A stretch of 48,640 nucleotides of DNA from contig CM097883.1 in NCBI GenBank assembly GCA_044892505.1, positions 295,926,001-295,974,640 on the forward strand, given 5' to 3'. This document shows positions 24,494 through 36,901 of this stretch, in pieces. The notes under the pieces are model-generated. The model ran no database searches, was not told where the DNA came from, and saw only the letters and a program-made list of their open reading frames with translations. The first letter of the stretch is position 1. Each line of letters starts with the position of its first letter. A program made the position numbers and the translations under genes. The stretch is from Schmidtea nova. Taxonomy: Eukaryota.

Positions 24494-25471
24494 TTAATTT
24501 TTTTGTGCGAATTGAATGTTGATGGACGGTTTGTATTTTTTTATGAAAAAAGTCTCGGAAGCTAATCTTTGTAATGAATTTTTGAATCCCTCTTGTAGGA
24601 TATGGCATTTTGTTTCTTCTATAGATGGAGTTGTTTTATGTACTTTTTCCCAGTGTTCGTAATAATTACTGGTTTTGATTTTAGTATGTTCATTAAGTCG
24701 GGTGCGAAAAGTTCTATGTGTTTCTCCTATGTAAGTAGCGTCACATTTTTGACAAGAAAGTTTATATACTATATTTTTGGAAAAGCAAAAGCATCGGGTT
24801 GTGGAACGGCAAAGACATTTATGTTTGGAGATGTTGGAAATTGGTGGTTTTCGGAGTTGTGATTTTAACGGTGCGGAGGTTATGAATGTTGGACGGATGT
24901 GGATAGGCAAATCTGTTTGATTAAAAATGTTGGTGATTTTGTTGGCTGTAGTGTCATTTAGGAAAGGTAATCTTAGATATGTTGTGTGTTTGTTATTGTT
25001 ATTGTGTTTCTGGCGTTTTCTATTGTTGCGTTTATTGTGGTATGGTTCGTTAAGGAAGTGTTTCTTTACAAAGTCTTCAGGGTATCCATTTTGGAGGAAT
25101 CGTATTTTGAAGTTTTCTAATGTTTCTTGTATTTTGTTTGCGTCTGAACAGTTTCTTATGGCTCTTTTTCTTTCTCCTATTAGTAATGCGATTTTGCGTT
25201 GAAGTGGAACGTGGCTTTTCCATGGGAGGATATGACCGCTATGTAAACTTTTAGAATATAGCTCGGTGTTTGCATTTAGTGTATCTTGGCCTTTTGTGAA
25301 ACTTACCGTGGTATCTAAAAACGGTATTTTACCTTCTGTGTTCGGTGTTTCAAAAGTGAATTGTATGTTGGTGTTAGTAGAATTTGCGTGTGATAGGATT
25401 TGATTGAGAGGGATTGTGGAGACTATGAAGATGTCGTCGATGTATCGTTTCCAGAAAAGTATTTTGTCCAT
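24494..25471 (-). CDS. Penelope-like RT C-terminus/thumb + GIY-YIG endonuclease (5'-truncated)
   Basis: WKRYIDDIF, QFTFE...IPFLD, S+H thumb region, NGYP, LPF linker, NIVYKLSCQKCDATYIGETHRTFRTRLNEH, R...E...I....PSIN. Uninterrupted 325 aa. Confidence 0.93.
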   Translation of the reverse strand: MDKILFWKRYIDDIFIVSTIPLNQILSHANSTNTNIQFTFETPNTEGKIPFLDTTVSFTKGQDTLNANTELYSKSLHSGHILPWKSHVPLQRKIALLIGERKRAIRNCSDANKIQETLENFKIRFLQNGYPEDFVKKHFLNEPYHNKRNNRKRQKHNNNNKHTTYLRLPFLNDTTANKITNIFNQTDLPIHIRPTFITSAPLKSQLRKPPISNISKHKCLCRSTTRCFCFSKNIVYKLSCQKCDATYIGETHRTFRTRLNEHTKIKTSNYYEHWEKVHKTTPSIEETKCHILQEGFKNSLQRLASETFFIKKYKPSINIQFAQKN

Positions 25472-25696
25472 CTATAGAAGAAACAAAATGCCATATCCTA
25501 CAAGAGGGATTCAAAAATTCATTACAAAGATTAGCTTCCGAGACTTTTTTCATAAAAAAATACAAACCGTCCATCAACATTCAATTCGCACAAAAAAATT
25601 AAAATAAATTTTTTCATCCAATAAAATCATTATAAAATATTAAAAAAATAATTAAGGCTACTATTTAGGATTAAGTAAATATAACGATAGAAATAC

Positions 25697-25729
25697 ACAC
25701 TTGATAAAGGCTGTGCCGAAATATTGTGT
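25697..25729 (+). ncRNA. Second copy of the U3:A8 hammerhead, in the inverted arm
   Basis: acacttgataaaggctgtgccgaaatattgtgt read directly. Confidence 0.7.
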
Positions 25730-25791
25730 TATTGTTTATAAAAAAAAATTTTGATCTATAGTCATTATGAGAATTATTGATAATAATAATA

Positions 25792-25845
<54 letters not shown>

Positions 25846-26349
25846 TAAATAATTTATATTTTAAATATCATTATTTCTATCATAAAGTAATAATGATTAT
25901 TAGGAACTATTTAAAATAGATTTTACGGTTTTTGATAGTTACAACCTTTTACGAATTCAGTATTTTGGTGCAAATCTATCTATAAATAAATGAAATTCGC
26001 AACAGTCATGGAATCATGATCTGAATAAATAATTAAATTTTATTCCTAACTAGCTTTCAATAGAACATGATTTTAATGATTTTAATTAAAATGTTTAAAA
26101 TGAAAACGAAACTGAAAATAAAATAAAAATTATTTTTTTAATATTTTTTATGTCTTTATCATAAACANNNNNNNNNNNNNNNNNNNNNNNNNNNNNNNNN
26201 NNNNNNNNNNNNNNNNNNNNNNNNNNNNNNNNNNNNNNNNNNNNNNNNNNNNNNNNNNNNNNNNNNNNNNNNNNNNNNNNNNNNNNNNNNNNNNNNNNNN
26301 NNNNNNNNNNNNNNNNNNNNNNNNNNNNNNNNNNNNNNNNNNNNNNGAT

Positions 26350-27260
26350 AGTTGTTATTTTTATTATTATAATTATTGTTATTCGTGTATGATGTAGTAA
26401 GCGCCGTCATTGTTATGGACGGTGCCTTCGCGGTCACCGGGGACTACCCCTTTTTTGTTGGTGTGTGCAATTTTTTATTATTATTATTATAATTTAGAAA
26501 TAATTAAAAAAATAAATTTAAATTAAAATGAAATCAATTCCTATAGTAATAATCAGAATTACTATAGGAATTAGAAATTCTAAAAAATTGATTATTAAAA
26601 ATTTAAAAGATAAAATTTAATTGCGGAGGAGATTGCAATTTAAAAATTATCCAAATTAACAAATTATCCAAATCATACAAATTATCCAAATTATCCAACA
26701 ACTAACAAATTATCCAACAACTAACCTAGAGAAACTCGAGGATAGATTAATTCGAAAAAATAATAAGAATATATCATAAGCCTAAAAGAAAATAGGAAAA
26801 ACGATTTTGATTTTTGTTAAAGAGAATAATTGAAAATTGCCAAAGTACCAAACACAACCATTTCAACCGGTTCGGTACAATTGAGAAAAGGGATTCCGCG
26901 ACAAAGGGAATAATTCAACAACATTATCGCTAACAATTTACCATATCCGGCTTTAAGAAAAGTCAATATTAATTTAGTGATTACTGACAATAGTTTGTCC
27001 TATTTCAATCCGATAACCTTATCGTGAGTAGCGTTTACTTTTTAGTTGTCATTTTAAATATAAAGTTTTATAAAATAATTAATTTTGTTAGTTTAGTTTG
27101 ATTGTTTTATATTATCGCAACAACTCTATCAATACAAAACATACACCCCGAGTGTCCCCACAATAATCGGGCTGACTCTCTCGGGTCCTACAATTCTTCT
27201 TCCCACTCGCAAACATAAAAAAAACAAACTACCAAAACTAACTGTGAATAGATATATATA

Positions 27261-27263
<3 letters not shown>
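26350..27263 (+). mobile_element. Probable solo LTR related to the LTR at 36.3-38.1 kb
   Basis: Shares box A (taagcgccgtcattgttatggacgg.gcctt.gcggtcaccgggg, ~26398-26443) and box B (catacaccccgagtgtccccacaataatcg.gctgactctctcggg, ~27140-27186) with that LTR. No PBS follows; boundaries approximate. Confidence 0.55.

Positions 27264-27333
<70 letters not shown>
27264..27333. repeat. (TA)n microsatellite
   Basis: Direct reading. Confidence 0.95.
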
Positions 27334-27342
<9 letters not shown>

Positions 27343-27499
27343 ATATGAAATTGAAGATTTTGAAACTATTTTAAATATATTAAAATTGCTTAAGTTTTCA
27401 TCACATAAAACTTTAAATTCTTAAAGCCTTCCGAACAATGAATAACTAAAACATGAGATGTTATAGGTTCCACAACATTAAGTGAACTCGTATCTCCGA

Positions 27500-27720
27500 T
27501 GTTTTCATCAAGCCCAATTACAAGGTAATCAATGTTTTCTTTAGTGTGTCTTTCTACCAAAGCCTTTGAATACCCATTGTTATTTAAAATGTAACCAGGT
27601 TTATGTATACATTTTTCAGATCTTTCAAACGTCGAAGATAATTTTAAATTTTTAATCATATTTTATTAAATTTAAAGTCACAAAAGCTATTTGAAGTAGA
27701 GAATTACCCTTTATCCTTTG
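27500..27720 (-). pseudogene. PLE thumb-region relic
   Basis: LKLSSTFERSEKCIHKPGYILNNNGYSKALVER resembles the PLE (RA.K.SS...L..NGY) motif. Confidence 0.45.
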
Positions 27721-28115
27721 GCATTTTTATATATTTCTGTTTCAAAACCCTTTTCCGTTTTTTAAACTTACGAATCTTAAAATGGAATAGAAGGATAAAC
27801 TTCTTCCTCAAATGTAAACTTAAAATTTGAATAAAGCCCATTCACATAATTTAAAAATAAGAACAACACCATCAGTATTAGGAAAAACTAAAAGAAATAT
27901 CATACAAATAACGTTTACATTTCTTAGGCCTAACGAAAGATAATCAGGCATCTGTTTCACTATAACAGTTTCTTAAACTAATAGAATAATATAATATAAA
28001 TATATATTTTCAACAATATTTTCGAATTGGAATCGTCGAAGTTTAAGAAGGCTCATTTCACATTTAAGATTTATTATTATTATTATTAATGAGAAACGCC
28101 ATATATATAACATCC

Positions 28116-28870
28116 ATACAATATATTTTGACAGATTCCCTACCATCATAAGTATCCTAAAAAATAACTATATATTGAAACTAATTACAAAACAAAATTA
28201 GATAAAATTTTAAATATTATTTCAAAATATATTTTTAATTTATTAAAAATCAATCCAAAATTTAATTTTAAAAAGGTTAAAATATTTTTAAAATTTTTTA
28301 AAAATAATTAAAAAATAAATTTTATTTTTTTAATTTTATCAAAACCAATTTCATCAATCAATTAAAATCATACAACAGCACACCAATGCTAACATAAAAT
28401 CAATTTAAAAACATTCAAAATGAATCTGTACATTAATTTTAGGATTTAAAGATCTTATCAACAACGCTTCACATATAAATCTTTCATATTGATTTTTAGG
28501 ATTTTTTGATAAGATTTTAAAATCAGACAAGCCAATCTTTCTTTGACAGTCTTTATTATGATGATTAATATTGGACACTACCTTCAGTCGACTCTGTTCA
28601 AGAACTCGAGGACAAAAATGACGTGTAGTTTCTCCAATGTATGTGGCATTACACCCATTACATGTAAATTGATGCACAAGATTTGAACACAGTCCAACCA
28701 AAGTTTGCGACTTATTTACAAATATGCTACTTACTTTGCACGAATTGGAGACAATCATAAAGTTTACACCGGCCAATTACTTCACTATCTTCCTATTATA
28801 ATCTTAAAACCCCTCCATAATTTGGCAATACCATCGTGAATCTAGCCTTTTCCCTTTTGATAGATTCAAT
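28116..28870 (-). mobile_element. Decayed PLE 3' part (GIY-YIG + 3' UTR + hammerhead relic); inverted arm of the 28.96-30.0 kb copy
   Basis: NLVHQFTCNGCNATYIGETTRHFCPRVLEQ...ERFICEALLIRSLNPKIN. 28200-28700 is inverted relative to 29540-30000. Hammerhead relic at 28116-28155. Confidence 0.8.
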
Positions 28871-28959
28871 AATGCTATTCACTAAATCATACAAATTATC
28901 ATTTATATTACATTCACACTTATAAGAATATTTATGATTATTTATACACTTTTCTTTAC

Positions 28960-30000
28960 ACTTATACCTTTAGCACCAACGATGGCTTCAATGTTTTAAC
29001 GAGTTTAAAAAAATATAACTTCTTTCCAATTTGAAAAAATAATGCTAAATAAAAGATATGTGGATGACATTTTTCTTATATTTAAAGTTTAAGATCATGT
29101 GTAGCCATTTTTAAATAATATGAATGATTTACATAAAAACAACGTGTTCATATGTGAAGTCGAGAATGAATCCTCGATAGAGTTTATAGATATGTTAATC
29201 AAACGCAAGAATGAACAGTATGATATAGATACCGGTCTTTACTACGCCAGAAATTTAAAATATAAGGGTTTAAAAAAAGATAAATATGGTAAAAGAAATG
29301 TCTTATCGATCATGGTGTTTATCCTCTACTTTCAAAAATTTTGTAAAAAGTCTAGATAACCTGGTGGAATCTTCAATAAAGAGTGATTATTCAAAATGAT
29401 TTTGATGACGATGATGATGAGAGAGACGGTTGATACGTGTATTAATAATCCTAAAGTTTCTTAAAAGCGTTAATGTAAATTAACTGATAATTTGTATGAC
29501 GTAATGAATGACAGAATTGGATTTATCAAACAAGAGAAGGCTGTTAGAAGAGTGTAATGCTACATACATTGGAAAAACTGCCCGTAATCTCAGTACTCGA
29601 GTTCTTGAACATGGTCGACAGAAAGGAGTGTCCAATATTAGTGATCACAATAAAGACTGTAACAAAAATATTGACAAGTATTATTTTAAAATCTCATCAA
29701 AAAATCCTAAAAATCAATATGAAAGATTTATATGTGAAGCTTTGTTGATAAGATCTTTTAATCCTAAAATCAATGTAGAGAATGCGATGAATACGAGCAT
29801 TTTGAATGTTTTTAAATAGATTTTATGCTAGCATTGGTGTGTTGTTGTATTAATTAGATTGAATGATGAAATTTGTTTTGTTAAAAGGAAATAATAAAAA
29901 ATGTTTTTTAATATTTTTAAAAATTTGATAATCATTTTAAAATTAATTTTTGGATTGATTTTTAATAAATTAAAATTATATTTTAAAATAATATTTAAAA
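28960..30000 (+). mobile_element. Decayed PLE (RT C-terminus + GIY-YIG)
   Basis: LAPTMA; KRYVDDIFLIF...FLNNMNDLH...CEVENESSIEFIDMLI; CNATYIGKTARNLSTRVLEH...ERFICEALLIRSFNPKIN. Stops and deletions. Confidence 0.85.
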
Positions 30001-31124
30001 ATATTATTATTTATTTATTATTATTATTATTATTTATTATCCATTAATAGAATCAATCAAGTAAAATATATTTATTTATGATCTCCAATAAAAACAAATT
30101 TATGTCTTTACTTTTATTTCAAAAAGAGAAATAATTTCCCTATAAATATAGAGAATTCCTTCAAATGAAAAATGACTCCTTTGATTCCGGTAAATGCAAA
30201 CTCTGTGTTATTTATGGAAAAATAAATTAGCTTAATTTCAAATAAAAACGAAATCTGAAATCGTTAGTGGTGTAATCAATTTTTTATTGTCAGGAAAAAT
30301 ATGATTGAATAATTTATCAATTCTGTTAGTGTGCAAAAAAATTAGACAAAAATGATTGATAAATCAAAAATATTGTTTTTGCTTCATTCATCAAGAAAAA
30401 TTCAAAAAAAATTGTTCAAATCTTATTTTATCGATGAAATAATTTTTAGCAGTAAAATGTAGTTGAAACTTGAAATCTTTAGTATTAGAAAAATCGATTA
30501 AATATTAAATATTTTATAATAAATTAATCTAATTTTAAATTATCAATAAAATCTTTTATCTTCTTTTTCTTTCACTTATTTACGGGTTTGATTATTTTAA
30601 TATTTTCAAATAAATATTTAAATTACTTTTTCATACAATTTATTTTTATAAAAACATGTAAAAAATTTAATTTATTAATGATATACTATCAAAAATATAT
30701 ATTAAGTATGTTTAATTCAGTAACGTCAGAGAAATAACTAAATATTCATCAAATAAAATTTAATTTTTTTTCGGAATAAAAACCTCTACAATAATAATTT
30801 TTAAAACACTTAAATTTTTAATTGTTCATTATTTTAAATGTAATTAAAGTAATAAATGTAATTTTTATTTTAAATATAATTAATTTAAATGTAATTAATT
30901 AACTGTAATTAATTTTAGTTAATGAATATATAATTATTGTATCAAGAATAATGCAAGTGATACTAAAAATATAAAGGCACAAGTCAAAAATCAGAAAATC
31001 AACAATTATACAAATTTCCATTCTTTTTTAAAACGTTACATAAGCATAATCTAAGTGATGAATACAAAATTTATCACTTAACATCTCGTTTAATTTAGCT
31101 CATGATCGAATCTTATTTCTTTTG

Positions 31125-31260
31125 AAATAATTTTCCATTGTAAAGTAGATCAGATATGATTTTCCAACATCTTCAAGTCAGGACTCTATTTTAAAAATTT
31201 AAGCACTTGTATTCCATTTGCTTTTATAAAACTTTGAACATTACAATTTTTGCAAATCTT
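31125..31260 (-). pseudogene. Tc1 DDE-domain relic
   Basis: FIKANGIQVLKFLK*SPDLKMLENHI* resembles the W...SPDLNPIE.LW motif. Confidence 0.55.
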
Positions 31261-31383
31261 TTTTTTAGAAATATTAGTTGTCTAATAGTTGTCTAATAGT
31301 AATAAAATGCTCAATAAGAATTAATTAAATATCAAATCCAAATTACTATTTAATAAAATAGTAAACCATTTAAAAAAATAGCA

Positions 31384-31820
31384 ATGTCTGATTTCAAAAT
31401 CTTATCAAAAAACCTTTATTATCATTATGAACGCATTATATATGAAGCGTGTTTGATAAGAGCTTTGAATCCAAAAATTAATGTACACAATACAGTACAC
31501 ACGTGTATTTCGATTGGTTTTAAATGGTTTGGATGTCAGCATGGATGTGTTGTTGCATTAATTGAATTGAATGATAAAATTAGTTTTGTTAAAATTAAAT
31601 AATTTTTTTTAATTTCGTTAACAACTAATATTTTGTTAATCATTTAAAAAATAATTTTAAGATTGATTTTTAATAAATTAAAGTTATATGTACTTTAAAA
31701 ATAAAATTTATGTAATTATATTTTATAAATTGTTTTAATAAATTGAATTATTAATAGTTTTTCTTTCTGTATTTTTATTGCCTGAAGATGTCAGGGGGTC
31801 TGTCGACATATATAGTACGA
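31384..31820 (+). mobile_element. PLE 3'-end fragment with decayed hammerhead
   Basis: SDFKILSKN...ERIIYEACLIRALNPKIN; 3' UTR similar to 29.8-30.0 kb; CTGAAGA-t-GTCAG..CTGTC-GACA-TATAT at 31782-31818. Confidence 0.7.
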
Positions 31821-34800
31821 AGGTTATATGAGTGATTATTATTATAAATCGAATCTTTGCCATGTTTATGTATTAGTTTTAAAAGATTTGACTTATTTTA
31901 TATTGTTATAAATTGATAAAATTGTTAATAAATATTTAAACAAAAATAATTACAATTAATTTACTATATTATGAAATTTATATGTTAAAGTAATATTTGT
32001 GATTTCAATAGAAAGTTTTTAAATTCGTCCTAAAAAATGTTTTAAAAAGTTTGTCCATTACTAAATTATGAATTCAGTGGTTTTTAAAAATTTAATAAAT
32101 AATCAAAAATATACTTTGACTTCTTTCAATTAGCAGAATGTATATAAAGATATAATAATTAAATATCTTATTGAAAAGTTTGTAATCTTTTATGAAAAAA
32201 AGAGCTTTGAAAAACGGCTAAAAATGCCTTGTAACTAGCATTATTAAGAGAGTAAATTGCGAAAATAAATTAAATAAATATCAGATATAATTCGAATGTC
32301 AAATACTGAACAAGGATAATCTTGATACCAGGCAGTTACAGAACGAGAACGAAAGCAGAAAATGTACAATTACCAAATAAATTTTATAATAGATTTAAAG
32401 AGAATCAACAGAATAAATAAATTAAGAAATATCAAAGAAAAAGTAAATTAATTAACTAAATTTGAAAAGGTTACTCCATTTTGTTAAAAATATCAAACAT
32501 TGTGTTTTTCATCGTTTAATATCAATACAATCAAGTAAGTCTGAAATCATAATTAAATTTCCAATTAATATTTATTTCTTTAAGTTGTAATATTAAAACA
32601 AATAATTCGCCACTAAAATTCCAATTTTCTAAACAGCTGTCACTCAAATTCATCCATACAAAACTCAGCAAACTTGTTTTTAAAAACAAAGTTTTATAAA
32701 CTTTTTATTTTGAAATTAAAAATTGTTTCAACTTAAAAAAAATTTACTGTCATTCTAAATAAATTTTAAAATTTAATTTTCAATCATCGATAATTTTTTC
32801 ACTTATTTTACTTTTTTAATTTTTAAATCTAAACATTTTAATTCTTCAATATAATAGCGAACATTACAGTGGAACCTTAGTAATATCGTCCTCTTAAACT
32901 GATATAAAAACAAATATGTTTTTTAAAATTTAAAATTGATGTTTAAAAAAATAATTTTGTTTTTGTTTATAATTTTATGCTTAAAAAATCTTATAATATA
33001 TTTAAATTCTATATTTGATTATACTATTGCCTAAAAACTAAAATTAAAAAAAAACTTAAATTAATACCCACACGGTTCTGTTTACAATCATTTTAACTTA
33101 TTAAAATCCAGCAATAATTAGAGAATAAAAATATATTTTGCTGAAAAATAAAATTTTAAAATGCATATTGCATAAATATAAATAAAATTCACATGAATGC
33201 ACAATAAATAATCTTCCTCATTAGAGTGAATAACATCTACATTAATAATTTTCAATATTTTCCTTTAAAATAACATATCAAATATTATGTTAATTTTAAG
33301 TAGAATAAAACTCTAATCACAAAAAATAAAGTGAAATGTATTCCCAGTTTCAACGCGAGGATATTTAAATTTTATAAGGATTATTATTTTTTTAAAATGT
33401 TTTTTTTTCAATTGAATATTTCTGAGTAGCTTGTGCTTGAATTCATCTCATTTTTTATTTATGTTTTCTACTCGGAGCTGGTGAAGTTGAAATATTTATT
33501 AAAAGTTTTCACTTTGAAAATATTGAATTTTTACACTGGATAAATCCCCAATCGATGAAAATGTCGACAGTGCTGATTTTCATAAAATTCCCATAATCGT
33601 TAACAACTGTTGAAGATGCAAAATTGCAACATGGGGACAATTTCAAGGTATTAGGTTACCCNNNNNNNNNNNNNNNNNNNNNNNNNNNNNNNNNNNNNNN
33701 NNNNNNNNNNNNNNNNNNNNNNNNNNNNNNNNNNNNNNNNNNNNNNNNNNNNNNNNNNNNNNNNNNNNNNNNNNNNNNNNNNNNNNNNNNNATTGAAGAT
33801 CACAAAGATTGAGTTTATAAAGGAAATAATTGCTGATAAGGGGTTTTTAAAATGTAATTATTCTAATATAAACCTTTACAGTAAATAAGGATCGTTGGTG
33901 GTTTTTGAAATTTTTATAAATATTTTAACTATATAAATTATTAAAATGTTTAACTCATAAATTTTATTTAAAGTATCGAAACTACGAATAATGGGCAGTT
34001 GAAAGTTTTGAAATACTTCAATGAGTTCTCGAAAGATCATTTCTCACTGTCTGACTTATACATACATAATCACCTACTATTAGTGTTGTAAAATTAAAAT
34101 AATTTAAAAATTAAAATAAATTGAGAATTTTATTCAGATAGATATTAAAAAACGTGATCAAAGATAAAATTGAGGGCATATGAGAATAAGATGGAAACAA
34201 TCAAAGAAAGTGTATTCTACACACATACACACATATATATATATATATATATATATGTGTTTGCGCGACATAAGCATAATTACGTTTTTAATGTAAATCA
34301 AAACGTACTTACAAATAAACAGTAAAACAATCGTTATTTTAGAAAATATGATTGCAATTATTTTATCATGAAATTTAATTATGCAATTATTTTTTTTCAT
34401 TTAACAATCGTTTAAAACCATATAAATTGATGATAAGTTTTTTTAAAAAGAAAATAAAAATGACACTCTGGGACTTATTTAAGTAAATTATGTTAATTAA
34501 TGAAATATTTTGAGCGTCTTTTAATCATACTCTGATAAATGAATTCAATGATATTAATATTTAAAAAGCAATAATTTCATTAATATTACATCATAAATTT
34601 TCGAATAACTGCGCAGTTGTATTTAACAGGAAGAATATATTAATTTTTTTTAAAATGGTGTTGGTGGGGAACGTCGACGAATCAGTTTTTAAAACCAGCA
34701 ATTTAGATTCTTAAATAAAAGTATACATCAAAATATATAATTTGAAATCAAGTAAAACAACTCAAAAAGTAATAAATAATAATAATAATAATAATAAATG

Positions 34801-35032
34801 AAAGTCAAAATGCAAATTTTCAAAAAATCAAATCAAAATTAATTTTAATCATTAATTAAATGATTACTAAAAGTATAAAGAGGAGCATAAATCAGGCATA
34901 GATAAGAAAACAAAAATATATTTATAGAAATCACATAACAATAAAACAACAATATATAAAATATCAATAATATAAAATAATATAATAATAATATAATAAC
35001 AATAAAAATATAAAAAAATATAAAAATATTAA

Positions 35033-35265
35033 CCCTTTCCACTCACATTAATTTAGCCGTGATTGTTCGTTCCAGTCTTACTTAATTTTTGTGGAATTTC
35101 ATGAATCTTTGTTGGAATTTGAAATTATTTGGTCCACCTATTTCAGGAACCACAAATCAGAAAGAAGTGACCTTGGTGTCGTTTCCGACTAAGTTGGGGT
35201 CAAGGAATGCGTGTTAGGCCAAAAACATATTTGACAAGAATTTTTGCAAAGATGAGTGGAAAGGG
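35033..35265. mobile_element. piggyBac-type MITE, 233 bp
   Basis: TTAA (35029-35032) + ccctttccactca ... tgagtggaaaggg + TTAA (35266-35269); perfect 13-bp TIR. Confidence 0.88.
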
Positions 35266-36227
35266 TTAAGAAAACTAAAAAGGATAATGGATCATATCAG
35301 GCCAAGAGAAAATTAGGATATTAAAACTGATAATTGTTGCAAACGGCATTGTAAACCCATCAAATAATCAAAGCGTTTATCTGGCTGCGATAAGTGCAGT
35401 GTGCAATTTGTTCAGTTTGCATTGGTAATCGAATATAAATGTTAGCTGCGAGTGTTATTATTTATTGCATTGAAGAACACGATAAGTCAGCAAATAAACA
35501 AATATCATTATTTGTTGATTGAAATCCAACACTACAAAAAACGGTATATAGTAAAAATATACGTCAATCTACTTTAAAAACAACTTAATTATTATTTTGA
35601 CATTGTAATATTGCCACATTATGTTAATAAACAACCAGGAAAGCAAAATGAACTTTAGTTCATTGTATTTGATAAATATGCTGCTAAAGTAGAAATTTCC
35701 ACATTCTGTAATGATATCGTATTTAGTTTCAATAAATAATTTTGAAATAGAGATCGGGAAGGATAAATTTAATGGAGAAATGTTAAACATTTGATGAGCA
35801 ATTAAAATTTTTTAAAATTAAAATCAAAGCAAAATAAATTTATGCAATTATAATCAATTACAATTATAAATAATTAAAAATAGATTATTTGTAAATTTAT
35901 TCAAAACTTTTTTAATTATTAATTATTATAATTGTGAATAAAATAACTCACGTTTCTTAGCTTTTAAAGATTCTGTCGTAGTTCTGTTAAACNNNNNNNN
36001 NNNNNNNNNNNNNNNNNNNNNNNNNNNNNNNNNNNNNNNNNNNNNNNNNNNNNNNNNNNNNNNNNNNNNNNNNNNNNNNNNNNNNNNNNNNNNNNNNNNN
36101 NNNNNNNNNNNNNNNNNNNNNNNNNNNNNNNNNNNNNNNNNNNNNNNNTTTATCAAATATTTTAATATTTATTTAACGTATTTAAGACGACTTTTGGCTA
36201 GTTAATATATTTATATGTGAGTGCATA

Positions 36228-36228
<1 letters not shown>

Positions 36229-36295
<67 letters not shown>
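36229..36295. repeat. (TA)n microsatellite
   Basis: Direct reading; another (TA)n run lies inside the LTR at about 36846-36897. Confidence 0.95.
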
Positions 36296-36297
<2 letters not shown>

Positions 36298-36308
36298 TAT
36301 GAGTGAAT

Positions 36309-36841
36309 GTCATATTTTATGGTTTAATTCATCTTATTATTATTCATTATTATTATTTTAATTTGATTTTCAAAAGCTATAGTAAGCCAAATTGACAATT
36401 AAAAAATAATCGATAATTAAATCAGGGTTGAAAGTTGGAATTGTAAGCTAAAATTGAAAGATAATATAAAGATAACTTTAAGAAGGCAGTTGAAGACAAT
36501 TTGGAATAATACTTACAGAAACGATATTGAAAACGACCGAGGCAAGGCAAGACAGAAAAAAATTAATTATCTAAAGAAACGAATAAACTGCCATAGAAAA
36601 GACTGGAATAAAATTTATATCAAATAATTTATATCCAAATAAAAATAGGAATTGGAAAGACAAGACAGAAATAAATTTATTATCTAAAGAAACGAATAAA
36701 CTGCCATAGAAAAGACTGGAATAAAATTTATATCAAATAATTTATATCCAAAAAATCCCGATTGATACACGACTGAATTTCTTCCCGCTCGAATCGTCGG
36801 ATCCAGGCTACTATCAGTAACTTTAATATTTTCTGTTAAAA

Positions 36842-36901
<60 letters not shown>

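Larger units (their letters stand above)
24304..25792 (-). mobile_element. 5'-truncated Penelope-like element with an inverted copy of its 3' end
   Basis: 24304-24629 and 25467-25792 are reverse complements (about 326 bp) enclosing an RT/GIY-YIG ORF; (AAT/ATT)n tails on both outer sides. Confidence 0.92.

Noticed and set aside
35270-35800. Possible piggyBac Cys-rich tail or transposase relic
   Set aside because: Cys spacing is incomplete, there are many stops, and the match is too weak to call.
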